In this document: one piece after another, positions 56,339 to 64,000 of the stretch
Numbering within the stretch: the stretch's first letter is position 1
Layout: each line of letters begins with the position of its first letter
From: a virus
Taxonomy: Duplodnaviria; Caudoviricetes
DNA length: 64,000 nucleotides
IMG/VR virus record: IMGVR_UViG_3300043442_000893
Coordinates: 11,296 to 75,295 of that record
Strand: one strand, 5' to 3'
Translations under genes and position numbers: made by a program
The notes under the pieces: model-generated
Seen by the model: only the letters and a program-made list of their open reading frames with translations
The model's database searches: none
What the model was told of the DNA's origin: nothing

Positions 56339-56564
56339 AGTCTTCAATAGGGGCAGAGGGAACAGCTTGGTCTTCTACCAAAGAGAATGCGCCATCAGAA
56401 AGAACTGCATTACCTTCCCATACGGGAGTGACGCGAATAAGGCGTTCAACAGTCTCGCTGAGGCTTAGTCGTGCTTCATGAGCAATGTTTTTGAGATGGC
56501 CGTAGGCAGTGTCAGTGATGGTGAAATGGCGGCTCTTCTTCAGCTCGCCATGGTCAATGGTCAT
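56319..56564 (-). CDS. Ribbon-helix-helix DNA-binding protein
   Basis: KKSRHFTITDTAY..L..IA....LSLSE.VERLIR. Confidence 0.7.
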   Translation of the reverse strand: MTIDHGELKKSRHFTITDTAYGHLKNIAHEARLSLSETVERLIRVTPVWEGNAVLSDGAFSLVEDQAVPSAPIEDYEGFSA

Positions 56565-56628
56565 AAAACAGGGGGCCGAGAAGGTAACCAATGCTGAAAC
56601 CGATGATGGCGGCCAGCAATAGCTCCAT
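56554..56628 (-). CDS. Possible 24-aa membrane peptide
   Basis: MELLLAAIIGFSIGYLLGPLFYDH at the head of the operon. Confidence 0.35.
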   Translation of the reverse strand: MELLLAAIIGFSIGYLLGPLFYDH

Positions 56629-56771
56629 GGTTTCGCCTTGCGAGGGACATGGCCAATATAGCCGGCATGGCCAGCCCGTCAAGGTTTGAAGCTGAATCTT
56701 GTATGAAGAATTGTAAATGCGCTGCAGGAGCAGGATTCTGGTGCTAGAACACCCCCATCTCACCATCGCCC

Positions 56772-58829
56772 ATGGCTTTTTCCATCCTCGAACACCTCGC
56801 CAAGCTGGAGCCGAGCGACCATGCAGGCAAATACATCTGCCCTGCATGCGGTGGCAACGATCTGTCCGTGAACGAAGGGAACGGAGCATATAACTGCTTC
56901 AATGACGACAGTCCGAAGCATCGCGCAGAAATTCGTAACATTCTTGCGCCGCTAGAACGTTGGGAGCGCCCCATGCGTGAAGCACGGCGCTATTCGTTCC
57001 CCTATCAAAACCGCAATCGCGAAGACGTGATTATCGTCACGCGAGACGATAGTTCTGGAAAGAAAAGCATTTCTCAGGACTATCCCACTGCAAACAATGC
57101 CAATGGGAAGCGTTCTGAAATTGTTAAGCAGTTAAGAAAGAACATCCTTCCCTATCGCTATTACGATGCCATTGAAGCGTCAGCAGCTTCAGGCCTCCCC
57201 ATTTTTATTGTTGAAGGTGAACTGACTGCCGATAGGCTTTGGGAAATCGGCCTGCCCTCTAGTACGTTTCTTGGCGGCAGCGGACAATATCGTGCGAACG
57301 GCGACTATTCGCAACTGTTTCGCGGGCAGAAAGTAGTCCTATGTCCTGATCGTGACGAGCCTGGCGTGGCTCTCATGAAAGAAGTGGCTGCAGACAATCC
57401 CAATGCGCAATGGTGCTATGCAGAACCAAGCAGCTTTGAATGGGACAATCTGCCTCAGAAAGGAGGCTACGACTTAGCCGATTGGCTTGATGATGGGGCC
57501 GATCAAGATGCCATTCTTTCCTCCATCGTTTCAAAGGATAGGCACGAAGGTAAAGACGGACTTCCTTCTTACGAGGAGATCATTGGCACATTCGAGCGCA
57601 TGGTTGGTCTCTACAACAACGATGCTCGCATTGCCTATGAAGCTCGCCAGTGGATGGACGCTCATGGCGTCAAGCTGAATGCGCAAGAGATTGATAAGTT
57701 GCTTTCTGAAGCACGTGGTCGCGTGCATGGCAAAGAGGAGATGGAAATCCTCGATGCAAAAGCCATTGCGCAGTCTGAAGATTCAAGGAAGTGGACCATC
57801 GCAGGCATTCTTCCTGAAAGCAGCGTGATGCTGCTTGCTGCAGCTCCTGGTAGCGGCAAAAGCACGATCGTCTACAACTGGGCTCTGCACGTTGCCACTG
57901 GCAAAGACTGGAGCAATCGTCGTTGCAAGAAAGGAAAAGTGCTCATCATTCAATGCGACGAGCCCGTTGTTGATGCTGCAGAAAAGCTGCAAATCATTGG
58001 TTATGACGATGATGCTCTGAGTAATGGTCAAATTGATTTCATTGATCGCTGGCGTTTTAGCAACATCCCACAGCTCCTTTCCTACGTACAGCGCAACCAG
58101 CCTCAGCTCATCATGATTGATAGTCTCACTTCATGCCTAGCCGGCATGGACGTAGACCTAATCCGTTCTGATGCTGGTAATTGCATCTACGAATTGCGCG
58201 ACATTGCCAATCAATATGGTTGCTCCATTGTCATCCTTCACCACTTGAACAAAAGTGGTGGCATTCGTGATAGCTCCAGCTTTGAAGCCAACGTTAGTGA
58301 AGTGGTGAAACTGTATCGCACTGACAACAATCCTGATTCAACGCAGTTCATGTTTGAATGGACCAAGAGCCGTAGTGGCTTGGCTGGTAAGCATTTCATG
58401 CAGCGTGATCCTGCCACTTATGGCTGGTATTACAAGGGTCCTGCAGTGGGTGGCAATGAGAGCATGGACAATCTTGTCAATATGCTCAATTCTCGCAAGC
58501 ACGAGCGTTTCGACAGGAAGAGCGCTGCTCATGCTGCTGGAGCATGGGACGATGTGAGCATCGGGCGCCTGTTGGAAGTGGCACGTCGTCAAGGTCTTAT
58601 TGACACCAGCTTCATTGTTGGTCCCAACGGCGAGCGTACCAGGATGTATCAAAGCTGGGCCTACGAGGCTCCTGACATTGATTTTCAGGCAACGCCAACT
58701 TTCACGGAAGTTGAAAATCAGGCAAATGAAAATATTCCCGAGCAGGAAGAGGCTCCTCAGAATGAGCCTGTTTCTGCTGCTGCCAATGAAAATCTTCCCG
58801 AAGGGGAAGATGATGATGAGTGGTTCTGA
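56772..58829 (+). CDS. Primase-helicase (Zn ribbon, TOPRIM, RepA/AAA_25 SF4-like helicase)
   Basis: CPACG..C; IVEGE..AD; PDRD.PG; D..DW; AAPGSGKS; MIDSL; ILHHLNK; KSR. Confidence 0.9.
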   Translation: MAFSILEHLAKLEPSDHAGKYICPACGGNDLSVNEGNGAYNCFNDDSPKHRAEIRNILAPLERWERPMREARRYSFPYQNRNREDVIIVTRDDSSGKKSISQDYPTANNANGKRSEIVKQLRKNILPYRYYDAIEASAASGLPIFIVEGELTADRLWEIGLPSSTFLGGSGQYRANGDYSQLFRGQKVVLCPDRDEPGVALMKEVAADNPNAQWCYAEPSSFEWDNLPQKGGYDLADWLDDGADQDAILSSIVSKDRHEGKDGLPSYEEIIGTFERMVGLYNNDARIAYEARQWMDAHGVKLNAQEIDKLLSEARGRVHGKEEMEILDAKAIAQSEDSRKWTIAGILPESSVMLLAAAPGSGKSTIVYNWALHVATGKDWSNRRCKKGKVLIIQCDEPVVDAAEKLQIIGYDDDALSNGQIDFIDRWRFSNIPQLLSYVQRNQPQLIMIDSLTSCLAGMDVDLIRSDAGNCIYELRDIANQYGCSIVILHHLNKSGGIRDSSSFEANVSEVVKLYRTDNNPDSTQFMFEWTKSRSGLAGKHFMQRDPATYGWYYKGPAVGGNESMDNLVNMLNSRKHERFDRKSAAHAAGAWDDVSIGRLLEVARRQGLIDTSFIVGPNGERTRMYQSWAYEAPDIDFQATPTFTEVENQANENIPEQEEAPQNEPVSAAANENLPEGEDDDEWF

Positions 58830-58941
58830 CGTCTCGCAATAGGAGGGAGGCTTTAGCGCGGCCTCCCTGCTGCCTACCGTAGCGAGCAGCTTTTTCAATC
58901 TTAATGCTTTTTCAGCAATTGCTGAAAATTAGCAGAGTATG

Positions 58942-58970
58942 AAAAAGGGGCCTAATGGCCCCTTTGTTTT
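58942..58970. terminator. Bidirectional terminator between convergent genes
   Basis: AAAAAGGGGCC-taat-GGCCCCTTTGTTTT. Confidence 0.75.
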
Positions 58971-59127
58971 ACTTGCGTTTGCCTTGGTCTTGTCCGTCTA
59001 GCCTGCGACGAAATTCTTTGGCCTCTTGCTCCTTGCCATAGAGCCAAGCTCTAGTGCTTTGCCCTGGCTTGGGACCATTGCGAGGGAGCTTGATGACTTT
59101 GAAGCCGTCGAGAACTGAGTTGGTCAT
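58969..59127 (-). CDS. Small basic hypothetical protein (52 aa)
   Basis: MTNSVLDGFKVIKLPRNGPKPGQSTRAWLYG...; ends at the terminator. Confidence 0.55.
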   Translation of the reverse strand: MTNSVLDGFKVIKLPRNGPKPGQSTRAWLYGKEQEAKEFRRRLDGQDQGKRK

Positions 59128-59269
59128 GACTGCCTGCGAAGCTTGCGAATCCTACCACAATCCCGTTTTCCCATCAAAGTGGACAGTCCCAAGATTGGCC
59201 CTCTTGTGAAAATTTGGCGGGGGTGTGTACACTGGTTCCGGAAAGTCCCGCGAGTATCCAAGAGATCTC

Positions 59270-59457
59270 AGACGAGCATTCCAGGGGCTATAAGCCTACG
59301 CTGCCTGGCCAGCCAGGGCAAGCGGAGCCCCCCAGGGCGAAGCGCCTCAGTCACCAGGCCAAGATTCCCTAAAAAGAACAGGCCAGACGAGGCCTTAAGC
59401 CTCCGCAATGCCGCTCAAGCCAGAGTGGAGCCCCCAAAGGGCGGAACGTTCCAGTCA
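59270..59457 (+). repeat. Two copies of the noncoding element also found inverted at 524-656
   Basis: Units 59270-59345 and 59385-59457: AGACGA..TAAGCC..G(C/T)GGAGCCCCC..GGGCG(G/A)A. Confidence 0.8.
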
Positions 59458-59522
59458 GAAGGCAAAGGAAACCTTCAAACAAAAAGAACGTTACTAACAT
59501 TGCAAAGGAATCTTCCTAAGCA

Positions 59523-59759
59523 ATGCTTCTTCCGCCCAAACAAGTAGAAAAGCTCCCTCTGTTAGAGCACAATGGAGCAGAAATTCTGCCCATTGTTCAT
59601 CACGGTTTTTCAAAGCCTGCGAAAGGGCCGCAACCAGCGGCCCGTACTCTCTATGGAGCCCGTGATAACAATGGCGAACGCCATTGGCGAGCAAGCTTGC
59701 ATGAAATCCAGCAATTGATTGACAGCGGTTTCGCAGTGCAGGAGCAGGCCAATGCGTGA
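59523..59759 (+). CDS. Hypothetical protein
   Basis: ATG ORF starting a plus-strand run of small genes. Confidence 0.65.
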   Translation: MLLPPKQVEKLPLLEHNGAEILPIVHHGFSKPAKGPQPAARTLYGARDNNGERHWRASLHEIQQLIDSGFAVQEQANA

Positions 59760-59967
59760 ATTCTGCACCAATCCCAAAGACTGCATGGCTCTCGCTTACG
59801 AGCGTGAAGCCGAGCATGAAATGGATGCTCGCGGGCTTGATGCTGCCTATGCAGAAATTGTCGATAGCTTCCACAAAGAAATGGAAGAATTCATCCGCAA
59901 GTATTGCCCCAAAAAGCTAAATGAATTTGATGACTTGCTGGAAAAAGCTTTCTGGCAGTATCATTGA
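59752..59967 (+). CDS. Hypothetical protein
   Basis: GGAG RBS and ATG at 59752. Confidence 0.65.
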   Translation: MREFCTNPKDCMALAYEREAEHEMDARGLDAAYAEIVDSFHKEMEEFIRKYCPKKLNEFDDLLEKAFWQYH

Positions 59968-59970
59968 ATC

Positions 59971-60144
59971 ATGATTGAATCAGGCGACGATCTTCAACGT
60001 CTTATTGACGATGCCATTCGTCGCCATGAAATCAGAGTGGCAATAACGAGCGGCGCTTTAGGCGCCGCTCTTCTGCTAGGAACGTTTCACGCAATTGCAT
60101 TGCTTCGTCATGAATTACACTCCCTCGCCATTGTCGCAAGCTGA
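59971..60144 (+). CDS. Small cyanophage-type membrane protein (57 aa)
   Basis: LIDDAIRRHE.RVA..SG..G...L motif plus TM helix. Confidence 0.6.
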   Translation: MIESGDDLQRLIDDAIRRHEIRVAITSGALGAALLLGTFHAIALLRHELHSLAIVAS

Positions 60145-60280
60145 ATGGGAAGAGCTTTGCATGTTGAAACGAGCCATTGATGATGCTCCGGCCACTGTCG
60201 TGGCCTCGCGCATGGAGCGCTTCACAGAATTATTTGTTCGTACTCTCCATGGAAAGGGAGATACCATGAGGGGCGCATAG
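60110..60280 (+). CDS. Hypothetical protein
   Basis: L...EWEEL..LK.AI...PA.V...MERFTEL family pattern. Confidence 0.6.
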   Translation: MNYTPSPLSQAEWEELCMLKRAIDDAPATVVASRMERFTELFVRTLHGKGDTMRGA

Positions 60281-60322
60281 CCAAAAGCTTCGCTTACAAT
60301 GCGAGAAGCAAAATAATAAAGA

Positions 60323-61078
60323 ATGCCTCGTCCTGAGATTGAATTTGCTACGCCTGAAGAAGAAGAGGCTTATGCAAGAAACGCTTTAGCGAAGGCGGGA
60401 GTGCCAATCACGCAATATGAAGCCATTCGAGAACATAAATCACATGGCGGTAATCGTGGCGCCGGCATCTATACCAAAGAAATGCTTGGCGTTAGGCGAT
60501 GGATGGTGCAAGAGCTTCTTGCTGCAAAAATGAGCAATCGCCAGATTGCGAATGTTCTAAAACTAAGCAAAGAAACAGTTAATGGTGATCGCCATTTCAA
60601 CAGAGATTTATATACGCAGGAAATTCTGAAGAATCAAGATACGCACAGAGCGCGTCTCTTGAAAGAACAAATGGAGCTAAAGGACTTAGCTCTTCGTAGC
60701 TTTGAAAATAGTAAGCGCAAGAAAACAGTCACCATTATGGACGGCGGTGACGATGGTGGGAAGGAGATGGTGAAGATCGAAGAAAGCGCTGGCGACGCAT
60801 CGTTCCTTAACGTGGCCAAGAACTCCCTGGTGGAACAAGCGAAGCTGCTTGGCCTCAATGAAATTAAGCAAGTGGAGAACCAAGACACGTCCTACAGGAA
60901 GTTCTTGAAAGATTTGTCTTCCACCATTGAAAAGGAGAAGGAGGCCAAGGCTACGGAGGAGCGCAGGGGCAATTCTCTGCTTGCGTCCGCTGAGACCATT
61001 AGTTTCGATGCGGAGCCAGAAAACGAGCCGCTTCCTGCCGCCATGCCTTTACAAACAATTAACGAAAACGACTATTGA
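60323..61078 (+). CDS. Probable terminase small subunit (HTH)
   Basis: MSNRQIANVLKLSKETV..D HTH; beta-hairpin; GD..FL......AKLLGL motif. Confidence 0.6.
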   Translation: MPRPEIEFATPEEEEAYARNALAKAGVPITQYEAIREHKSHGGNRGAGIYTKEMLGVRRWMVQELLAAKMSNRQIANVLKLSKETVNGDRHFNRDLYTQEILKNQDTHRARLLKEQMELKDLALRSFENSKRKKTVTIMDGGDDGGKEMVKIEESAGDASFLNVAKNSLVEQAKLLGLNEIKQVENQDTSYRKFLKDLSSTIEKEKEAKATEERRGNSLLASAETISFDAEPENEPLPAAMPLQTINENDY

Positions 61079-61126
61079 CAATGGTCCCTTGCGGGACCAT
61101 TATGAGCCAATCTTCCCTTCCTTCCA

Positions 61127-61552
61127 TTGGACGCTTTTGATTCCGTTGACCAGTTCCTTCGCCAGGCAGTAGCTGCCAAGGACGGCAAGCGGCATGCCAT
61201 TGGCGCTTCGCTTTCGCCTCATCTGCAAGATCATGGCACCGTAGGCGTTCCGCCGAAACTGGCCGGCACCATTGAAACCATGCTGCAGAAGCATGGCGAT
61301 GAAGCTTACCGTCAAATTGCGCTGTTCTGCCTTGGTAAATGGTTCGAGACTCACATTGGCATGTTCGAGGAGCTGATTGGCGAAGAGCCAAGCATGGCTT
61401 GTAGCTGTCTGATGGACGCCACTCGCATCGCTGATGCTCTCCATCTTCTGTCGGAAATCAATAGCATTGGAGGCGACAGCGGATGGCGCATCATGCTTGA
61501 AGAAACGCTTAGTCAGCACATTCTTGAAGAGCTTGAGGAGGAACGTTGGTAA
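61127..61552 (+). CDS. Hypothetical protein
   Basis: 141 aa ORF, coupled to the next gene. Confidence 0.6.
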   Translation: MDAFDSVDQFLRQAVAAKDGKRHAIGASLSPHLQDHGTVGVPPKLAGTIETMLQKHGDEAYRQIALFCLGKWFETHIGMFEELIGEEPSMACSCLMDATRIADALHLLSEINSIGGDSGWRIMLEETLSQHILEELEEERW

Positions 61553-61722
61553 TGGCATCTTCTTGTCGCACTTTTCTCATTACCACTTACGAAGGGAGGA
61601 AAATCGCCCTGGGGGCGATTTCCGCAAAACAAGCTGAACACTTTATGCTTGCAATGCGTCCTGACGTGAGGATTGCAATGATCGAGGAGATCCCTCCACT
61701 TCCTGAAAACCCTGAATTATGA
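61552..61722 (+). CDS. Hypothetical protein (56 aa)
   Basis: MASSCRTFLITT...; TAATG and ATGA coupling on both sides. Confidence 0.55.
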   Translation: MASSCRTFLITTYEGRKIALGAISAKQAEHFMLAMRPDVRIAMIEEIPPLPENPEL

Positions 61723-61907
61723 CCCCCGCTGAAGAAGCCGCAGTGTTTGCAGTGATTAAGCAAATCACTGAAGAGTCAATGAACCAGGGAATCATGGCTG
61801 CAGTTGAGATGATTCGCACTGGCGTGCAGCAGTTTCCTGATCTGACCACTCTTCAACTTGCTGATGCAATTGAAGCCACTGTCACCAAGGACGCTCCTTG
61901 CCAGTGA
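61719..61907 (+). CDS. Hypothetical protein
   Basis: Coupled ORF. Confidence 0.6.
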   Translation: MTPAEEAAVFAVIKQITEESMNQGIMAAVEMIRTGVQQFPDLTTLQLADAIEATVTKDAPCQ

Positions 61908-62077
61908 TGACCTTTTCTTTCCATTGCAACGACAAAACTGGCCATCTCCGCATGGGAAAGCTTTGTTTTCAATGGCGCAATAGCTTTATCCTTGGCACAA
62001 TGTACGACGGTTTTGGCGAAAGTCAATTGACCATCGGCAATCGCTCCTTCCATTTCGGACAATTTCGTTTCGTCTAA
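61907..62077 (+). CDS. Hypothetical protein (56 aa)
   Basis: MTFSFHCNDKTGHLRMG...; TGATG coupling. Confidence 0.55.
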   Translation: MTFSFHCNDKTGHLRMGKLCFQWRNSFILGTMYDGFGESQLTIGNRSFHFGQFRFV

Positions 62078-62079
62078 TC

Positions 62080-62496
62080 ATGGACTTTCAGCTCTCCCTT
62101 GTTGAAGAGCATTCCCTTCCTCGCATGGTTCACATTTGCATTCCTCCGCAATTGCAAGAGGAAGCACGAGCCTTGGCCATGGAAAACCCTCCTATTCATC
62201 CTGCATGGCGAAAGGCTCAAGCCAGAGGAAAGCATTTCGTGATTGCCACTAACGAGCTTGACGACATCACAGAACTTGCAGACTTTGCTCGCACTAACAT
62301 TGAAGAGCCTGAAGGACCAATGAGCAAGCCAAAGCGCCAGGCCTATCAGATTCTGCTGGACAGGGCATTCAGACATGCTGAGCTGGAGCCTATGGGCTCC
62401 TGCCATGCCATTGCCACCAAGTGGCGAGACAAGCCTTTGCCGATCACCAAAAATCTGAGCATCGCCACTCAGGCCTTGCGCAAGCCATCACGTTGA
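62080..62496 (+). CDS. Hypothetical protein
   Basis: 138 aa ORF in the operon. Confidence 0.65.
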   Translation: MDFQLSLVEEHSLPRMVHICIPPQLQEEARALAMENPPIHPAWRKAQARGKHFVIATNELDDITELADFARTNIEEPEGPMSKPKRQAYQILLDRAFRHAELEPMGSCHAIATKWRDKPLPITKNLSIATQALRKPSR

Positions 62497-62729
62497 TGAC
62501 CAAGATTTTATCTCCTGCAGCACAAGCAGTTCACGATGCTTTCTGGACAGGCAAAGGATATATCAATGGAGATGAAATGAATGTCTCCATGGCCAACTTG
62601 CTTCGCGCTGCTGTAGACCAAGCTGCCCCTGAACCCATTAGTGGCAGCAAGGACACGCTCCTATCGTTTTTTACTATTCGTCACAGGCTACTCGCCATTG
62701 CTGACGAGATCGAGGCTCTACAAACCTGA
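62496..62729 (+). CDS. Cyanophage-type hypothetical protein
   Basis: LSPAAQAV.DA...LRAA.DQ..P...LLAIA.E.E family. Confidence 0.7.
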   Translation: MTKILSPAAQAVHDAFWTGKGYINGDEMNVSMANLLRAAVDQAAPEPISGSKDTLLSFFTIRHRLLAIADEIEALQT

Positions 62730-62767
62730 AAGTCGACTTATGTGACGAAATGTTACAGGACAAAGAC

Positions 62768-62791
62768 AGGCCCCTACCAAGGGGCCTTTTT
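62768..62791 (+). terminator. Intrinsic terminator
   Basis: AGGCCCCT-acca-AGGGGCCT followed by TTTT. Confidence 0.75.
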
Positions 62792-62847
62792 GCTGGCACA
62801 CTATGCACATGCGACGGCGAACGTCGCTAGTCCTCCGCTTCACCATC

Positions 62848-63180
62848 GTGACCACCACGTTCAGTCACACGCTTCCTAATCAGCCCATCTGCGCCTTTAA
62901 GGATGGAGAATTGGCAATGTTTTTTGGCCAGCCAATGGTGACGCGCAGTTTCTCCATGGGAGATCTGCAAGAATTCATTTGCACCATTGAAAAGGCTATT
63001 GATGAAGAGCCTAATTTCGTGCAACAAATGGCTCTTGAGCGCATTCGCTGTGCCTTTGTTGTGAGCCTGGAAATGCTCAAGGAAAACCATGAAGAGCTTC
63101 AGAAAGAAGCGCCTACCGGCGCTGATTTTGAAGAGTATTTGATGAACTACAACAACGCAATTAAAGGAGGCAAACTGTGA
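62848..63180 (+). CDS. Hypothetical protein
   Basis: ORF after the terminator; start uncertain (62803 or 62848). Confidence 0.6.
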   Translation: MTTTFSHTLPNQPICAFKDGELAMFFGQPMVTRSFSMGDLQEFICTIEKAIDEEPNFVQQMALERIRCAFVVSLEMLKENHEELQKEAPTGADFEEYLMNYNNAIKGGKL

Positions 63181-63356
63181 CTTCCACTCCCAAAGATAGA
63201 CTTTCAGACGCTATTTTTGAATACTTTGAGAATGACAATGGCGATCAACTCATTAAAGATCTCGCGGAATTGTTGGCGCAAGATCGGGATTATCATCTTA
63301 GGAAATTTCGCTCTCTTTCACATGCCTACGAACAACTCTTTGGCCAGTCATTCTGA
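63177..63356 (+). CDS. Hypothetical protein (59 aa), paralogous to 47080-47292
   Basis: AAGGAGG RBS plus GTG; RLSDAIFEYF...DL..LL....DYH. Confidence 0.65.
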   Translation: MTSTPKDRLSDAIFEYFENDNGDQLIKDLAELLAQDRDYHLRKFRSLSHAYEQLFGQSF

Positions 63357-63489
63357 GCTTGACTGGGACCATGACAAGCGAAGCGTTATGCAACTTGCCA
63401 CAGCCAAGCTTGAGCGTAGGCTCCAATATTGGAAAGAGAAAGAACAGGAGGAAATCCTCAAGCGCTATCGTCTTATCACTTCTATTTAG
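63322..63489 (+). CDS. Hypothetical protein
   Basis: ATG at 63322 within ORF 63217. Confidence 0.5.
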   Translation: MPTNNSLASHSELDWDHDKRSVMQLATAKLERRLQYWKEKEQEEILKRYRLITSI

Positions 63490-63525
63490 CTCGGTGCCAA
63501 GTTCTACACACTACGAGGTTCAACA

Positions 63526-63894
63526 ATGACTCAAGAACACCCGATCACTCCACCGCCTGAGCTGGTGGAGCAGTGGCGCACCGCACCGGAATACGCCACC
63601 GGCAAAGAGATGTTCACGATGGTGAGCGTGTCGACGCGGCGGCTGCAGGAGGTCGCCACCCAAGCCGCTCGTTGGGGAGCTGACATGGAGCTGGAGGCTT
63701 GCTGTGAGTGGTTGCACTGGCAGAACCTGGCTACTCACCAGGATCTAATCCCATCGCTCCGCGCCGACCGCCGCCCCAAGCCGCCGAGCTTAAAGGAGCG
63801 AGCATTGCAGGCCTGGGCTGCCGTCGAGGCTGGCACGGATGATCAGACGGCCATGGCAGTCATCCGACGCGCACTGGAGGCCCTGCCCGAATGA
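63526..63894 (+). CDS. Cyanophage-type hypothetical protein
   Basis: QEHPITPPPELVEQW..AARWGAD.ELEACCEWL..RRPKPPSLKE.AL..IRRALE.LP. Confidence 0.75.
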   Translation: MTQEHPITPPPELVEQWRTAPEYATGKEMFTMVSVSTRRLQEVATQAARWGADMELEACCEWLHWQNLATHQDLIPSLRADRRPKPPSLKERALQAWAAVEAGTDDQTAMAVIRRALEALPE

Positions 63895-64000
63895 TCAGCA
63901 TCGACAGCAACCAAGGCCGCATCGGTGAATTCTGGTGGATTAATTCCGATCCATCAACCATTCACCAAGTTGACGTGCCGATTGCGGCAAATGTTCAGCT

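Noticed and set aside
59143-59547. 134-aa ORF across the repeat locus
   Set aside because: TTG start and Arg/Pro/Ser-rich composition typical of translated GC-rich noncoding DNA
1-64000. Stop-codon reassignment or prophage boundaries
   Set aside because: Genes are intact under the standard code with all three stops used; no host genes, integrase or att sites are evident

Overview
The window is a 64 kb segment of a tailed dsDNA phage with siphovirus-type morphogenesis genes, most likely infecting a picocyanobacterium. Support for that host comes from a cyanophage-type minimal RNR, a glutamine-II riboswitch with a DUF4278-type peptide, and several small protein families typical of cyanophages. 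Gene order: a hairpin-rich noncoding region; RNR alpha/beta; EndoVII endonuclease; a small-RNA cluster (structured RNA, degenerate tRNA-Ile, tRNA-Leu, riboswitch); an inverted TerL; a DUF1073 portal with a C-terminal extension; a 7-gene sugar/glycosyltransferase island; DUF2213 protease/scaffold; DUF2184 capsid; tail, tape measure, tail tip and fibres; lysis; nucleotide metabolism (ThyX, Dcd); recombination (exonuclease, Sak3-like SSAP, SSB); primase-helicase; a probable TerS; and small early-type genes. No integrase, DNA polymerase, reverse transcriptase or CRISPR array was seen. Main observations: (1) three in-frame A_AAA_AAG sites, each with a 3' hairpin and an open -1 frame. One is the canonical tail-chaperone shift, one fuses two head-region domains, and one appends a tail resembling the cyanobacterial DnaX C-terminus to the SSAP. 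(2) A recurrent [K/R/H]-x-D motif at module boundaries of head proteins, suggesting protease-released cargo polyproteins. (3) A circularly permuted M23-like domain in the tape measure. (4) A four-copy noncoding element shared in inverted orientation by the two large noncoding regions. All family assignments are from motif recognition by eye; no database searches were run.
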